Below are positions 63,901 to 64,000 of a stretch of DNA of 64,000 bases, piece by piece. Position 1 is the stretch's first letter; every line of letters starts with the position of its first letter. Under the pieces are notes generated by a model, which had not been told where the DNA came from, ran no database searches, and saw only the letters and a program-made list of their open reading frames with translations. This DNA is from Chloroflexota bacterium. Its GTDB lineage: Bacteria; Chloroflexota; Anaerolineae; B4-G1; SLSP01. The stretch is taken from the NCBI GenBank assembly GCA_019873725.1, contig JAIOAS010000002.1, positions 1,012-65,011 on the forward strand. The letters run 5' to 3'. Both the position numbers and the translations under genes were made by a program.

Positions 63901-64000
63901 TGGACACCCGCAAGCGCGAAGCCTGGGTCAACCGCCACGCGCCGGGGTTGGATGCCTTGATCTGCAATCCAGCTTTAATCGAAACTGGACTGGACCTTGT
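60936..64000 (+). CDS. N6-adenine DNA methyltransferase fused to SNF2-like helicase (DarB-like), C-terminus beyond window
   Basis: MTase: LLDPCCGEG (motif I), LLLLNPPYD (motif IV). Helicase: LIQGEMGCGKTTIGLA, LIADEVHQFRS, GMTGTVYGGKS. Zn-ribbon CPDCGK...HCDR. Continuous frame to the window end. Confidence 0.75.
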   Translation, partial: MARLINAEVLGFFATPPNVTALIAEWLQAPQGEKLWRLLDPCCGEGVAAAQLATALGGPVQTWGVELSPKRAERAAAVLDKVHNTAWQATRVSKESVSLLLLNPPYDSDLDGDSKRLEIEFLRTALPTLVHGGVLVYIVPQHLLGYRDVARLLSGHFENIVVRRFPDGEYERFKQVVVLARRKPYSTPTEESLDVLRALRDADLPPLAAPPERWRRELPAAPLKAKCVRIDLSDREQVALGYALDWPDALRQALQPQSQTPFCPPIPLKKGHVAMLMASGLMGTLLIRKDGQRLLVKGRVRKAQDVSTEETEKGDVITIRRDRFTTTVGVVSADGVQVLDDVAGLTAFMEDYGEEIAAEILKHPPRYDLKPTTAEWQHLSTLGKNRAALPGQAEAGLLPVQKHVTIALTRTLQARKNALIQGEMGCGKTTIGLATIDALNAYPALVVGPPHLVEKWLREAAEVIPGVQVRELRKVGRNGDPHDINDAREFVEDWQAGRLGDKAIAVISETSAKLGSGWRGATATRYMLLRPKPRRDEREVDPAQVQREQFRKAVQAYKEARRVLLELSTGDDATAVAQQRATVERLRKAALQVATTIPVCPDCGKVQQERNGLLLTAKLFDKQPRHCDRPGIGWARDAQGSKLRDDDGQPTWVWDVEHEHAPRCTNALFQFGDQFRRWPIADYVRRKCRHVFKLLIADEVHQFRSKDSDRGQAFHHLITATRYHLGMTGTVYGGKSTSVFYLFYRLFPQVRNAFPFNGEKQWAAKYGVLETRQYGAKGATDDDSAEFGSFNATRRGHVTVTEKPGVSPAILSQIVDHAIFLSLKDLGVGLPAYREEALPLAMTPEQAAQYQRMEGALRLQARQYPSWLSTWLQWSLSRPNSAFRPEIVEKQRRDDEGNVIDVTAFMELPEIVAGVDATTNSSGEVVYVPNGTAPLPKEAWLVDFIKAEKAVGRKTLVFVRQTATRDIQPRIQAVLRQAQLRAQVLYANVDTRKREAWVNRHAPGLDALICNPALIETGLDL

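Larger units (their letters stand above)
52138..64000. mobile_element. putative integrated mobile-element (plasmid/phage-like) replication module, boundaries undetermined
   Basis: Co-localised PrimPol, private dnaN, RadC, mini-RNase III, DarB-like MTase-helicase, and many small hypotheticals. Preceded by a 0.9-kb noncoding region. Confidence 0.35.

Noticed and set aside
1-64000. CRISPR arrays
   Set aside because: The repeats found are short tandem heptamers and inverted arrays without regularly spaced unique spacers of 28-40 nt. There are no cas genes.

Overview
This is a high-GC (~63-65%) bacterial chromosomal window. Its organisation fits a monoderm, possibly Chloroflexota-like, genome: near-universal AAGGAGG ribosome-binding sites, an LPXTG protein and a Tad pilus, but the taxon is not certain. 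The window falls into four blocks.

(1) ~0.7-19.9 kb, plus strand: a large tad/flp pilus locus. It begins with a consensus-like sigma70 promoter, a ~150-nt structured leader or small RNA, and a textbook intrinsic terminator. The genes that follow are a lipoprotein, three TadZ/CpaE-like MinD/ParA paralogs (two lacking the P-loop lysine), cpaB, cpaE, a catalytic-domain-less serine-recombinase-domain protein, cpaF, a tiny hydrophobic ORF, the prepilin peptidase cpaA, tadB, tadC, an Flp pilin, TadE/TadG pseudopilins, a large beta-helix repeat protein, an LPXTG/PPC-domain protein, a Pro/Thr-rich membrane protein and a Cys/Trp-rich secreted protein.

(2) ~20-29.6 kb: an OB-fold protein, a CHAT-protease/FGE (SUMF1) fusion with a duplicated 3' remnant, a divergent caspase-like peptidase, and a 1,477-aa secreted HEXXH metalloprotease.

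(3) ~29.9-51.2 kb: an ~18-kb, 11-gene defense supercluster on the minus strand, bracketed by two PLD-helicase fusions. It contains PLD-SNF2, a DUF4276-like protein, AlbA_2-AAA_21, a PHP-SMC/Rad50-like ATPase, a DUF1156 methyltransferase, an AT-rich three-gene membrane module, ASCH-DUF3780 and DUF499. The cluster has GC-content discontinuities and ATGA-overlap translational coupling.

(4) ~51.2-64 kb: a 0.9-kb noncoding region carrying a second strong promoter, then a mobile-element-like replication module (mini-RNase III, PrimPol, RadC, sliding clamp DnaN, and a DarB-like methyltransferase-SNF2 helicase that runs off the window end).

A family of dispersed tandem-heptamer inverted-repeat 'hairpin' elements occurs throughout the window. 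They sit at gene junctions, usually carry the downstream RBS, and are sometimes translated as C-terminal tails or internal linkers. No rRNA, tRNA or CRISPR was found.
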